From an uncultured Bdellovibrio sp. (GTDB lineage Bacteria > Bdellovibrionota > Bdellovibrionia > Bdellovibrionales > Bdellovibrionaceae): 64,000 bases of DNA. Below are positions 41,203-51,657 of the stretch, in pieces (position 1 is the stretch's first letter; every line of letters begins with the position of its first letter). The stretch is from NCBI GenBank assembly GCA_963932905.1, contig CAWVRN010000004.1, positions 144,384-208,383 of the forward strand, written 5' to 3'. A program made the translations under genes and the position numbers. The notes under the pieces are model-generated. The model saw nothing but the letters and a program-made list of their open reading frames with translations, searched no databases and was not told where the DNA came from.

Positions 41203-42417
41203 CTAATCTTTTTCCACAAAGTCTAAGTCTTTGTGGAATGTCTCATCTATATAATAAAGCCCAACGAACGAAAACACCATCGTAATTACACCGGTAATTA
41301 GTCCCGCATTTAAAATTCCAAACGATGGTTTTAACGCACTGAAAATCAACGAAATCACAACTAACGATCCACGAACAAAATTTGGTGTCGACGTCGCGAC
41401 CGTGGCGCGCAAGTTAGTACCAAACTGTTCGGCAGACACAGTAACAAATAACACCCAAAAGCCCACACATATCCCCATGAAAAACGTTAGGGTATAAAAC
41501 TGATTCGCCGTAAGTTCACGTAAACTAAAATAAGCTAATATAGAAACTGTGGTGGCAAGCAAGAAGCCAAAAATAACTTTTCGGCGACTTTTAAAAATCT
41601 GACTCAATATCCCGGCCATGATATCACCCACAACGAGACCGGCATACGAAAAGAAAACACAGCGACCCGCCTCAATAATTTCAGTGCCACCTAAGGCTTT
41701 AAAAAATTCGGGAGAAAGCGTAATCAGGATACCTACGACGTACCAAAGTGGAGCACCGATAGCGATGCCATTCACAAAACGACGCAAACGCGAGCGATTG
41801 GTAAACAGAGATAAAAAATCGCCCCGACTAGCAACACCATGGGATTTTTTTAAATTTTCAAATAGTCCCGATTCCAAAACACCGACGCGAAGAAACAGAA
41901 GCGCCAGACCCATTCCCCCACCAAAGAAATAGGCAGTACGCCAATCAAACTCATTAGCCATGTACCACGCTAGCAACGCACCGGAAACGCCAACTGCCGA
42001 CACGATGGTCGTTCCATAACCACGTTTATCTTTAGGAATCATTTCAGCAACTAATGTAATACCCGCACCCAGCTCGCCCGCTAAACCAATACCCGCTATG
42101 AATCTTAAAATGGCATACTGTTCGTAGGTTTGCACGAATCCATTTAGAATGTTAGCAATCGAGTATAAAAATATCGACCCAAACAAAACGGACAAACGTC
42201 CCTTACGGTCTCCCAAAACGCCGAAGAAAACTCCGCCGATTAACATACCTGCCATTTGCAGATTCAAAATCAAAAGACCTTTCGAGGTAATATCTGCGTC
42301 CGACAAACCAATCGCTTTCAGACTGGGAACACGAACAATACTGAATAAAATTAGATCATAAATATCTACGAAATACCCTAATGCCGCAATGATGACTGCA
42401 AAATAAACTTTTTTCAT
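41203..42417 (-). CDS. MFS transporter
   Basis: GVLGDRKGRL (motif A), RFIAGIGLAGE, about 12 TM. Confidence 0.92.
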   Translation of the reverse strand: MKKVYFAVIIAALGYFVDIYDLILFSIVRVPSLKAIGLSDADITSKGLLILNLQMAGMLIGGVFFGVLGDRKGRLSVLFGSIFLYSIANILNGFVQTYEQYAILRFIAGIGLAGELGAGITLVAEMIPKDKRGYGTTIVSAVGVSGALLAWYMANEFDWRTAYFFGGGMGLALLFLRVGVLESGLFENLKKSHGVASRGDFLSLFTNRSRLRRFVNGIAIGAPLWYVVGILITLSPEFFKALGGTEIIEAGRCVFFSYAGLVVGDIMAGILSQIFKSRRKVIFGFLLATTVSILAYFSLRELTANQFYTLTFFMGICVGFWVLFVTVSAEQFGTNLRATVATSTPNFVRGSLVVISLIFSALKPSFGILNAGLITGVITMVFSFVGLYYIDETFHKDLDFVEKD

Positions 42418-42554
42418 AATTTATCTTTTTCTATCGACGCCAACAATACAAGACAAATTCTTGGCCAACTTGCCATCGGTTTGCGGATTATTTTTTCAAC
42501 AAAGCCGACGAATTTTCTTGAGCGATTAAAAAAATCAACTTATCGTTTAGGTTA

Positions 42555-42613
42555 GGTAATGGAGTCAGGCTTTAACCGCCGCTCATTACGAGGTCGTGCT
42601 GATGGCTCCTACC
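42555..42613 (+). ncRNA. fluoride (crcB) riboswitch
   Basis: GGTAATGGAGTC...TAACCGCC...GCTGATGGCTCCTACC directly upstream of a CLC-F gene. Confidence 0.8.
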
Positions 42614-42635
42614 AAAGTGAAGGTAGGGTTGCGTC

Positions 42636-43832
42636 TTGATTACTTCAAAATTTAGTATTTTGACAAAACGATATTTCCGCTGGATTCTCATCAGCGCTGC
42701 ATGTGGATTCCTTGCTGGGCTCAGTTCTACCATTTTCTTGATAACTTTAAATTGGGCCACTCAAACTCGTAACGCTAGCCCCGCTGTCATTTGGGGATTA
42801 CCAATTGCTGGATTATTGATAGGATGGTTATATCATCGCTTTGGCAAAGAAGCCTCTAAAGGCAACAATCTGATCATCGACGAAATGCATGATCCTAAAA
42901 AAGTTCTTCCTTTAAACATGGCCCCGTTGGTTCTTGGTGGAACTCTTTTAACTCACCTTTTTGGAGGTTCTGCCGGACGCGAAGGAACGGCCGTTCAAAT
43001 GGGCGCGTCACTTTCTGATCAACTATCCCGATTTTTCAAAATTGAAATGAGTGAGCGAAAAATCTTACTCGCTGCGGGAGCCGGGGCAGGCTTTGGCGCT
43101 GCCATTGGAACCCCATGGGCCGGGGTCATTTTCGGGATGGAAATGATTAACGTTGGAAAATTTAAACTTTTCGCTTGGTTTGAATGCCTGATCGCTTCAT
43201 TTGTAGGCTTCGGCACGGCCATTCTTTTACATGCTCCTCATTCGGCATTTCCGTCTGTAGAAATTGACTCGTTTAATTTTATAATTTTACTCTGGATTTG
43301 CATCGCTGGGATCGGATTTGGTTTGACGGCCCGACTTTTCACCCTATTCACACACTTCATCGAATGGCTAAACCAAAAATTTATTCCCTACCCTCCCTTA
43401 AGACCATTCTTTGGCGGGTTGATAATTGTGGTTTTATATTATTTTGAAGGATCTTACCGCTATGTAGGTTTAGGCATACCCGTTATAAGTGACGCACTAA
43501 CTTCGCCGGATTCTATTCGTGACCCTATTTTGAAATCTATTTTCACGATGCTAACTGTGGGCTCAGGCTTTAAAGGTGGAGAATTCATTCCATTGGTATT
43601 TATCGGAACCACATTAGGTAGCGCACTTTCCGTTTTACTACCCGTGTCTGTTGGCTTGCTTTCTGCCGTGGGATTTGCTGCGGTATTTGCCGGTGCCGCT
43701 AACACACCTATTGCGTGCACAGTCATGGCGATAGAAATTTTTGGAATCGAAATCGCACCCTACGCCTTGATCGCCTGTATAGCGAGCTATATGTGCTCTG
43801 GCCGCAAAGGAATTTACAGATCGCAGAAATAA
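42636..43832 (+). CDS. eriC: CLC-family fluoride exporter (CLC-F/EriC-F)
   Basis: GNNLI, GREGT and GGEFIP motifs; riboswitch upstream. Confidence 0.88.
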   Translation: MITSKFSILTKRYFRWILISAACGFLAGLSSTIFLITLNWATQTRNASPAVIWGLPIAGLLIGWLYHRFGKEASKGNNLIIDEMHDPKKVLPLNMAPLVLGGTLLTHLFGGSAGREGTAVQMGASLSDQLSRFFKIEMSERKILLAAGAGAGFGAAIGTPWAGVIFGMEMINVGKFKLFAWFECLIASFVGFGTAILLHAPHSAFPSVEIDSFNFIILLWICIAGIGFGLTARLFTLFTHFIEWLNQKFIPYPPLRPFFGGLIIVVLYYFEGSYRYVGLGIPVISDALTSPDSIRDPILKSIFTMLTVGSGFKGGEFIPLVFIGTTLGSALSVLLPVSVGLLSAVGFAAVFAGAANTPIACTVMAIEIFGIEIAPYALIACIASYMCSGRKGIYRSQK

Positions 43833-44029
43833 TTTTTCGCTCTGTTTTTATAATCAAGTTTTGGTCAAACCCCAAGATTCAGGCAAAGAACAACTGGCTG
43901 TAATTTATTATTTGGTCGGCACATTTCTATATAAGATGATTCATACAGCCATTACCACAAAGGTTAATTTCGCCAGAACAAAACGATACTTGAATCTGGT
44001 GGGAAATCGGATTAAAAAAGATTAGTCGT

Positions 44030-44105
44030 GACCTCATAGCTCAACTGGATAGAGCAGTCGTTTCCTAAACGATCGATCCCCGTTCAAGTCGGGGTGAGGT
44101 CACCA
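44030..44105 (+). tRNA. tRNA-Arg (anticodon CCT)
   Basis: Acceptor stem GACCTCA/TGAGGTC, D arm GCTC/GAGC, anticodon loop TTCCTAA, T loop GTTCAAG, encoded CCA. Confidence 0.95.
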
Positions 44106-44439
44106 TATTTTTAAAAACGTAAATTTTGGGTTCTTCGGGTTCTTCTCATTTCAGGTGATTAAGGCTGGAAAACCGGATTTTTGTATTTTTCAGAAATTCC
44201 AAAAGATCTGATATTGATACTGAACAATACGCAAAAGTTAATACGTTTATAAACAAATATCAGGATAACCCCCTTGCAAATCGATCCCCTAAAAAACACT
44301 AGAAGTACGGTTGATTTAGGAGCGAAGTATAGAATGACATATTATTTGAGACCTGAGTCCTGTTAACAAATACTACTTCAGTCTAGGATTGTAGTTGTTC
44401 ACTATAGAAATGGACAGTGAATGCCGACTTGATACATGT

Positions 44440-44928
44440 ATGCAACTCAAAATATTTCTTACATTTTTTCTTGTAGTAGCATCTGCGTTAGCTGATACGC
44501 TCCCTATTGCTGGCATTTCAATTCCGGTGCAACCAGGTTGGCGCAATTACAGAGAATTAAGTTCTTTTCCTGAACAACCATTTGAACAAATATGGATTAA
44601 CAACCGCTCCAGATCAATTAGAATGGTTTCCACAACTTTTACAGAGTTCAAAAAAGTTTGCATGAGTGAAAAATGGAGTTTGGAAAAAAAGAATTTTGCA
44701 ACCGTCGATTTTGTAATTCCAAGCACAAAAGGCAAAAATTATTGTGCGTTTAAAGCGGTGCGTGGAAAAGAAAATTTTTTTGTGACTGTTCAGGACAATC
44801 CTCGACATCTTCCTAACGGAAAAATATTTGCATCTCAAAATATACTTATTGAACAAAACGGTGACATTTCAAGTTTTAAAAGATGGATTGCATCAATAAA
44901 AAAAATTGAGGGGAAAAATAAAAAATGA
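44440..44928 (+). CDS. secreted hypothetical protein
   Basis: Signal peptide from ATG 44440 (MQLKIFLTFFLVVASALA). Confidence 0.65.
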   Translation: MQLKIFLTFFLVVASALADTLPIAGISIPVQPGWRNYRELSSFPEQPFEQIWINNRSRSIRMVSTTFTEFKKVCMSEKWSLEKKNFATVDFVIPSTKGKNYCAFKAVRGKENFFVTVQDNPRHLPNGKIFASQNILIEQNGDISSFKRWIASIKKIEGKNKK

Positions 44929-47081
44929 GGATTTTTTATTTTTTCATCTTGATTTGTTTTAATTCGGTTGTATTTGGACAAAGCTGTCCGTTTAAGGCTT
45001 CTGATTCAAATGCAATATCAATGGCATCAAATACTGCCGGAACAATACAAGGTTTACTCGATGCAAAAAATCAATGCTCAGCAACTTTCACTGAGGCCGT
45101 AAAGTCTGTACAGGGTCTTCCAGAATTACTAAATGCGGCAAAAGATCCTGTATTAGAATTAAAAGCAAAAAAAGATTTTTTAAACAGAGAGATCGCAAAA
45201 TCATTATCTGATCCTAGCTACGCTAGTGAATCTAAAAGTGGATACTACGACAATTATTTAGAATATCTTCTTTCGCAGCGAAGTGATATTGACAAACAAA
45301 TCGCTGAGGAGCAAGTGAAGTCAAAGTACCAGACTAAAGAAAACAGTAAGGAAAAAGTTCTCAGTCTTACGTGGAACCTACTAGCTGCAAGCTCGAACGC
45401 ATTAAATGACCCCAATTCGCCCTGTGCTCAAAATATAAGTAATAGATTTGGCACCCAACTTTTAACACTGGGTATGGGCGCCTTGTCGTCAGCAGGCTAC
45501 TTAGTAAGCCAAGCAGCAGGCGGAGGGGTTACTCTTGCGGCGGGACTGCTATCTCAAATTATGGACCTCTTTAGTAAAATGCCGGAGCGTGGGGCTCTTC
45601 GAGATTTTGAACAAAATAATCAAACATATGATTTAGCATGCTTGTATCACAACATCGTAACTATGAGTTGTGAAATGAAATCATCCATTGGAAAAAAAAC
45701 CGGCCAATCATTTATTGATCAGGCTAATAAAATTCCTAACGCAAAGATATACTCAAAAGTGCTTTCGACAAAAGAAATAAATACTGATCTTTCTTCTGTT
45801 ATTATGGCCGTTGTTACACAAGATATTTCACAGATTTCAGATGGTTCAGGATCTAGCGTAGATAAAAAAATATCTGATTTGTTTGGCAAAGAACAGACTG
45901 TCTCACCAAAAGAAGTATATGAAAAGCAACTTCAGCAATTTGATTTTTTCAAGTCTCTTTTTATTCCAAATCGAAGCGGATTTGACGCATTGACCGGAGA
46001 TCAACAGTCCACAGTGAGCATGTATTTAGATTTTCTTATAAGCAATATTCGCTCGAATCTTGAATCTGAAGGTATCCAAACACGGCAACCAAACGGTTCA
46101 AACATTAATCCAGTAATAATTTTCACTACCAATTCTGCTGCCATCGAAAAAATACTTAGGAAAAAACTAAAGGACTCTTCTGGTGGAGAAAGTTCAAATC
46201 TAATTAGTTTTGATAATCTTAGAGATTTGCACCGTGGGATAAACGCCAAAGATTTAAGAGCTAAAAACAAATTTACCGTCGATACTTACGACGATATTAA
46301 AAAATACCTAAAAGAATCAAATCTTGAAAATACAACCGATGGCAAATCTCTTATTTTACAAATTGATGAAGTTCAAAAAGTATTGGGAAACTTCGACAAT
46401 TGGCTCTCTGTTGACCCAGGATCTCCAGAATATCAAAGTTCTTTAAACAAAGCGGCTAGTGAATTAAAAAAATCTTTAGGAGCAAAGAGTGATGATGGTT
46501 ACACCCTAAGAGAAAAAGTGAAGTTTTTGATGGCTCAACCATTAGCTAAATTTCAACAGATGGTTGGCGAAGGTAAAAAACTTGATGACGACAATGTTTT
46601 CTCGAATCCATTCGTTTCTAAGCAAAAGGCCCTTTCTGATTTCGATAGATATGGCGTACTACGAGATGTATATAAAACAGTTTCTGATCCAAGACTCGAA
46701 TTGAAGGACATAAATCTAGTGAATGATACAAGACAATTGTTTGAAGCAGATAGCTCAACTTTGCGTAAAAACTTTTTGGCTGGCTTGAAAGGACTTCGTG
46801 AAAGAATGTCATCTTCACCGGACCCTGAAGTGTCGAGAAAAATGTTGTCGCAACTTTGTGGACTTGCGTATTCACTTCCGTCAGGTGGATCTCCGCACGC
46901 TTCAGACGATTGCAGCGGTTTGTTGCCAAAAGACATGCAACCGTTTATGAGAGTGGGAAAAGAAACCCCAGATTGTTCTTACTACAGATATGTTAATGAA
47001 AAAACACGAACTGAATATTTTGAAACCGGAAAACAGCCAAGTCTTCCGTCTGAATCAAATTCAGGACAAGGTGTAAAATGA
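44925..47081 (+). CDS. secreted, mostly helical hypothetical protein
   Basis: Signal peptide, Cys pairs, central hydrophobic Gly/Ala-rich hairpin; overlaps its neighbours. Confidence 0.7.
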   Translation: MRIFYFFILICFNSVVFGQSCPFKASDSNAISMASNTAGTIQGLLDAKNQCSATFTEAVKSVQGLPELLNAAKDPVLELKAKKDFLNREIAKSLSDPSYASESKSGYYDNYLEYLLSQRSDIDKQIAEEQVKSKYQTKENSKEKVLSLTWNLLAASSNALNDPNSPCAQNISNRFGTQLLTLGMGALSSAGYLVSQAAGGGVTLAAGLLSQIMDLFSKMPERGALRDFEQNNQTYDLACLYHNIVTMSCEMKSSIGKKTGQSFIDQANKIPNAKIYSKVLSTKEINTDLSSVIMAVVTQDISQISDGSGSSVDKKISDLFGKEQTVSPKEVYEKQLQQFDFFKSLFIPNRSGFDALTGDQQSTVSMYLDFLISNIRSNLESEGIQTRQPNGSNINPVIIFTTNSAAIEKILRKKLKDSSGGESSNLISFDNLRDLHRGINAKDLRAKNKFTVDTYDDIKKYLKESNLENTTDGKSLILQIDEVQKVLGNFDNWLSVDPGSPEYQSSLNKAASELKKSLGAKSDDGYTLREKVKFLMAQPLAKFQQMVGEGKKLDDDNVFSNPFVSKQKALSDFDRYGVLRDVYKTVSDPRLELKDINLVNDTRQLFEADSSTLRKNFLAGLKGLRERMSSSPDPEVSRKMLSQLCGLAYSLPSGGSPHASDDCSGLLPKDMQPFMRVGKETPDCSYYRYVNEKTRTEYFETGKQPSLPSESNSGQGVK

Positions 47082-47851
47082 CTATAGTTCGCACATTGCT
47101 TTGCAATTTAATATTCATTTTAGCTTCGTGCGTAACGACCAATGAAATTACCATTGAGAGATTACCTAGTAGCTATGGAGATTTCAATTCACCCTGCCGA
47201 GATACTCGCGACTGTAGTCTCGGTCTTTTGTGCAAAAGTGGCTGGTGTAGGCAACCTGACACCAGAAAAGAAGCTTTTGAGACTTGTAGAACTTATACGG
47301 AGTGCTTATCGAGCCGCTGCGAAAATAGTAAATGTGTTCCTTCAAATCTTGCTCCGGCCGATAATGGCCAGGAATGCTTTGCTGGAGTTCCGACGAATTG
47401 TAGATCAAATAAAACTGTTTATGGCATTTGCCAGGCATCCTCCTATTTTCGAGGTTTTGCAGGAATGAATTGTTCTATGGACACGGATTGCATTTCAAAT
47501 CGCTGCGGCGTTGATAAAAAATGTCTTGCAGGTAGTGATTCATTGAGCTGCAAATGGGTAAACGAATCATGCTCGCCGTCGGACAATTGCTGCTCTGGAA
47601 ACTGCCTAAATGGTCGTTGCGTTGGAAGAGGAAATTCTAGATGCAACCAAGGTCAATGCTCAAATTTAGTTGGAAAAGTTTGCGCTTGGGAAGGACAGCG
47701 TGTTCAATTCCAAACAGAATGCTGTAGCTTAAAAATGATTTCAAATTACTGCGTTAGAGCGAATTCAAGCTCACCAGTTTTTTGTTTGCAAAATTCTGAC
47801 TGTTCAAACGGCATGATATGCGACCCGCGAGTTAAAATATGTGTGCCTTAA
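47078..47851 (+). CDS. cysteine-rich repeat lipoprotein
   Basis: LASC lipobox; 33 Cys in 257 aa by manual count. Confidence 0.75.
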   Translation: MTIVRTLLCNLIFILASCVTTNEITIERLPSSYGDFNSPCRDTRDCSLGLLCKSGWCRQPDTRKEAFETCRTYTECLSSRCENSKCVPSNLAPADNGQECFAGVPTNCRSNKTVYGICQASSYFRGFAGMNCSMDTDCISNRCGVDKKCLAGSDSLSCKWVNESCSPSDNCCSGNCLNGRCVGRGNSRCNQGQCSNLVGKVCAWEGQRVQFQTECCSLKMISNYCVRANSSSPVFCLQNSDCSNGMICDPRVKICVP

Positions 47852-47864
47852 ATGAGGAGGGAAA

Positions 47865-48923
47865 ATGTGGCCTTTATTTTTAGGATTTTTTTTCGTAACA
47901 AATTTTACCTATAGCTCCGTTGTAAAATCTAAATCCGCCATCGATTGCGCAAAGGTTGCGGGTGTACATTTTTTGACAGCCGTGATTGAAAGAAATGGTG
48001 AAAAACAGGAGTGGATCCTTTTTAATTCTGACCCAATGGAATCACTTACCGGAAGATACTCCAGACCCAACGGAAAAATGACAATTTTTAATCCAGCAAC
48101 CAAAGAGGCATTTCAGTTCCCACAGGCAAGTGATACCTTTCAAACCTCAAATGGCGGGTTAGTTATAGCTTCGCTAAGGTTCGCCGGCGAAAATACTCCG
48201 TATGTGCTTGTACATCCACGAAATGACGAAGATTCAATAATTTTAAAAAAAGCCGCAGATGTATCTGGTGTTTATCATAAATTTTTAGGTCTACCTCCTG
48301 GTCCCAAAGTCGATGCATTTATCGCAAAGAAAGATGCTGCCCTTGCGCAATTAGGTTTGAATCCGTCACTGCCAATTGCTAAAAAAATTTCTGCTGATGA
48401 GTTATATGAAGAATTTGAAAGTCAAATTGGAGCTAAAATTTTTGACATGAAGCTCTCTTTTGATGCTTTACGAGAGAGAGACAAAAAGTCAGGCTTTTAT
48501 CATTACAAAGATTTTGATTCTCAAATTAAGAAGTTAGAGCTTGTTTTAGATGATATTAGAAAAAATGGATTCAAGTATAAAGGAAGCTATATTAAGTCCG
48601 AAAGTTCCCGGGTAAAAGCAGAAATTGTTAGACTGAAAAAAGCAAAATCTGATTTTATGTCCGCAAAAGATGAGAAAGGAGTACCTGAATATAATTTTGA
48701 TTCAGATGCTTATAACACTGTGTTTCTACGTGGCCGAGATAAAAACGAGTCTATTTCTATGTTTACACAGAGGCTTGTTGATAAATGTTCAGACTACGTT
48801 AAAGGTTCCACCAATTATAGTAGCAATAACTTTTTTATCGAAGACCTCCGAAAGAGCCTCCAGCTAACTCAAACTTCAAAATCTCCTGACAAGGTAAAAG
48901 TTGACATAGATGCTACTAAATAG
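47865..48923 (+). CDS. secreted hypothetical protein
   Basis: GAGGAGG RBS, signal peptide, 352 aa. Confidence 0.7.
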   Translation: MWPLFLGFFFVTNFTYSSVVKSKSAIDCAKVAGVHFLTAVIERNGEKQEWILFNSDPMESLTGRYSRPNGKMTIFNPATKEAFQFPQASDTFQTSNGGLVIASLRFAGENTPYVLVHPRNDEDSIILKKAADVSGVYHKFLGLPPGPKVDAFIAKKDAALAQLGLNPSLPIAKKISADELYEEFESQIGAKIFDMKLSFDALRERDKKSGFYHYKDFDSQIKKLELVLDDIRKNGFKYKGSYIKSESSRVKAEIVRLKKAKSDFMSAKDEKGVPEYNFDSDAYNTVFLRGRDKNESISMFTQRLVDKCSDYVKGSTNYSSNNFFIEDLRKSLQLTQTSKSPDKVKVDIDATK

Positions 48924-49138
48924 AGTAGCATCCAAGTATGAAAGCGATGAAGTTTTAAATGTAGGTTGTACGCAAAATTAGCTAATTAGTTAGAAAAAAG
49001 ATTGGAAAAACTGGATAGCATTTTCAAATACGTATTTGGAACCATCAACGATACTCTGGATCGACCTGATTTTGCCCAAGTCTAGCTCAATATGAGACAG
49101 TTTTAAAAAAGAACCTTAACATTCTCAATTAGAAACAT

Positions 49139-51634
49139 ATGTATTTCTATAATACTACCGATACATTATATGTGAGCAGAAAATCATTTCTAACGTATTT
49201 ACGTTTTTTTGTGGCCTTACCTATAGTTACTTTGAATATGAGCTGTTTCTTAAATAGCCAAATTACAAAAATTGAACAAAATTATTTAACTGTCGAAAAT
49301 AAAATCATTTTATCCGCAAATTTTTCTTCGTCCAGTTTGGTTGAGGGAAGCAGTTTCTCACTGGGCTTATCCTTAGACACTGAAAGCTCGGCAGACACCT
49401 TAGTTGAATTCTCTATCAGCGGTGGCACTAGTGGTCTAACTCGCTTTTCCTCAGCCCCTGCTTCCGCAACAATTATTGCCGGTACCAAAACAACTTCAAT
49501 TGCCTTCGTATCCATAGACGATCTTACCGTACACGGCAATGAAACGTTTTCAGTACAGATTTTAAATGCTCAAAAAAATATCGAATTAAAAACGACTTCG
49601 ATTTCTTTTACTGTTTTAGAAAATGATGTTGCACCGTTGCCGTCGGTCACCGTTTCAAAAACGTACCCTACTAGCGGCGCCAAATGGCTTTCGTTTGTTA
49701 AGGGTAACAATGGTGGCACGCGGTTCTTCAATCAACCAGATGTAGCCTGTGACAGCACGGAAACGGGTTCTACGGAAGCTTGTATTCATGGGGGCGACAA
49801 ATTAAAAGTGGTCGTCACTGGCTATACATCGTGCTCGGGATTGACGACAACAGACTACCTAGCGGCTTTTGATTGGCTTTGCGCCATTGACGGAGGAGTC
49901 GCTACATTTTTTTCAATCGGTTTAAAAACCGGAAAAGGTCTTTCCGATCTGATCGACTTCACAAACAATGATTGGCTAAATAATTTTGTCACTGTAAAAC
50001 TCAATAATACAGCTATCATGGCCAGCTCCAGTGCCAAATGGTGGAATACAACCACTGAAAACCCAATCGCACCCGCCCCTGATTCGTCGTCAGCAACCCA
50101 AGTCATAACAGGATTTCCAGCTGGTACTATTTTAACAATTCAAAATTCGGTAACCTCCCATGGATTTAATATTGATCAGGATAGCATTGGTTTTGTTGTA
50201 AAAAACGGCAGCACTCTTACCTACGGAGGCAACGCCAACAATTGCAACGAAAGTACGGGAGAAACCGCCGTGGCCAATTTTAAGATTCTCGTTTGCAGCG
50301 GCGGTCAAAAATATCTTTGGATCGAAGGATCAGTAACGGGAGCCGGTGGAACTGCAGATCATATCATCGCCATGAGCGGAGCTAAGTTTTCAAGAATTAA
50401 CAAGGTTCGAATTGCCGAAGGCGGCGCCGATGTAGCCATGCTCATGATTGGTTCAGACTATAACAAAGTTATCGACGTCGAAGTTAAAGGCAGCACAGGT
50501 TACGGCATCTTTTGGATAGAGAATTCAAACTATAATATGATCACAAAATTCAAAGGTTCATTCATGCGGTCCCCTGTAACCTACACAGGATTAAATCTAG
50601 AATCCAATTGCAATCACAACATTCTACAAGATATCGACGTGAACAATTGGGATGCACGAGCCATTCAAATGAATGGCAATAATAATATTTTGGGTAAGGC
50701 ATTAGTAACGAATAGCGCGACTGTAGAAATCAAAGGGCAAAATCCGATCGCCCATCATATAACTTCGTCAAACAACAGTAGCAGCGGACTCAGTATAGAT
50801 AGTGCCACCAATGCTATTATTAACCAGATATACTCCCATCAAAGCAACCACGAAATTTTTATCTCAAACTCCAACAATTCCGTAGTTTCCCAGATCGCAG
50901 TAAAACGTATAATCTACTATTCGGTTGGCTTTGGCTTAGACACCACCAACGGAACTAAGTTTACCAATAATATTTTAATAGATGACGACAACAACTCTTC
51001 AAATCGCTGTACTTTATATAATAATAGCGGGGCCAATCCTGGCTTGGTGGCGGTTAATTGTGGTAACGCAAACAGTTCCAATGCCAACTGGGTCTTCTAT
51101 CCATTTGCGACTGCAAGTCCCCTGATCGGCCTCGCAACTTCCGACAGCGTCAACGCCCATGGTTCATCCGGTACGATTACTTGGTCTTCGATTACAGATT
51201 GGCTTAACTTCGAAAATCCTTTTCGTGCCTGGTCCTCTCAGACACAAGGGCAATGTAATTCTGGCTCCTGTGTTCTAGTAGACTATCGTATCCGAACAGG
51301 CGATGGGTTTATTAAAAATAGGAGCGGAGACGGATCAACAGTGAACGACGCTTTTGTGTCCGGAGCCACCTGTCCCGCAGCCGTTCATGGAAACAAAACC
51401 ATCGCAGATTTTCAGCCTTCGCCACGTATTTTTCTAGTTAATGCGTTAGAGATTTATGGAGACGGAATAGGTAATGATAATACTCTTTGCGAATCAAATG
51501 AAGAATGTATTTACTCACCGAATTTTGGCGTTTACCAAGGCGAAGGTGACTATAAATCAAATGGCACATGCACGTTCCAAAACGGCAATGTTTCAAACGT
51601 AACTATCTATTCCTACCCTACAAACGGCGGATAG
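49139..51634 (+). CDS. surface protein with Calx-beta-like and right-handed beta-helix regions
   Basis: EG...DD...GNETF...ILEND-like motif; Asn-ladder repeats; C-terminal GNDNTLCESNEEC. The true start is probably downstream. Confidence 0.7.
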   Translation: MYFYNTTDTLYVSRKSFLTYLRFFVALPIVTLNMSCFLNSQITKIEQNYLTVENKIILSANFSSSSLVEGSSFSLGLSLDTESSADTLVEFSISGGTSGLTRFSSAPASATIIAGTKTTSIAFVSIDDLTVHGNETFSVQILNAQKNIELKTTSISFTVLENDVAPLPSVTVSKTYPTSGAKWLSFVKGNNGGTRFFNQPDVACDSTETGSTEACIHGGDKLKVVVTGYTSCSGLTTTDYLAAFDWLCAIDGGVATFFSIGLKTGKGLSDLIDFTNNDWLNNFVTVKLNNTAIMASSSAKWWNTTTENPIAPAPDSSSATQVITGFPAGTILTIQNSVTSHGFNIDQDSIGFVVKNGSTLTYGGNANNCNESTGETAVANFKILVCSGGQKYLWIEGSVTGAGGTADHIIAMSGAKFSRINKVRIAEGGADVAMLMIGSDYNKVIDVEVKGSTGYGIFWIENSNYNMITKFKGSFMRSPVTYTGLNLESNCNHNILQDIDVNNWDARAIQMNGNNNILGKALVTNSATVEIKGQNPIAHHITSSNNSSSGLSIDSATNAIINQIYSHQSNHEIFISNSNNSVVSQIAVKRIIYYSVGFGLDTTNGTKFTNNILIDDDNNSSNRCTLYNNSGANPGLVAVNCGNANSSNANWVFYPFATASPLIGLATSDSVNAHGSSGTITWSSITDWLNFENPFRAWSSQTQGQCNSGSCVLVDYRIRTGDGFIKNRSGDGSTVNDAFVSGATCPAAVHGNKTIADFQPSPRIFLVNALEIYGDGIGNDNTLCESNEECIYSPNFGVYQGEGDYKSNGTCTFQNGNVSNVTIYSYPTNGG

Positions 51635-51657
51635 AATTCAACTAGTCAATCTAGGCC

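Noticed and set aside
44084..44105. attL/attR duplication of the tRNA-Arg 3' end
   Set aside because: I found no second copy of TCAAGTCGGGGTGAGGTCACCA by eye and no integrase beside the tRNA.
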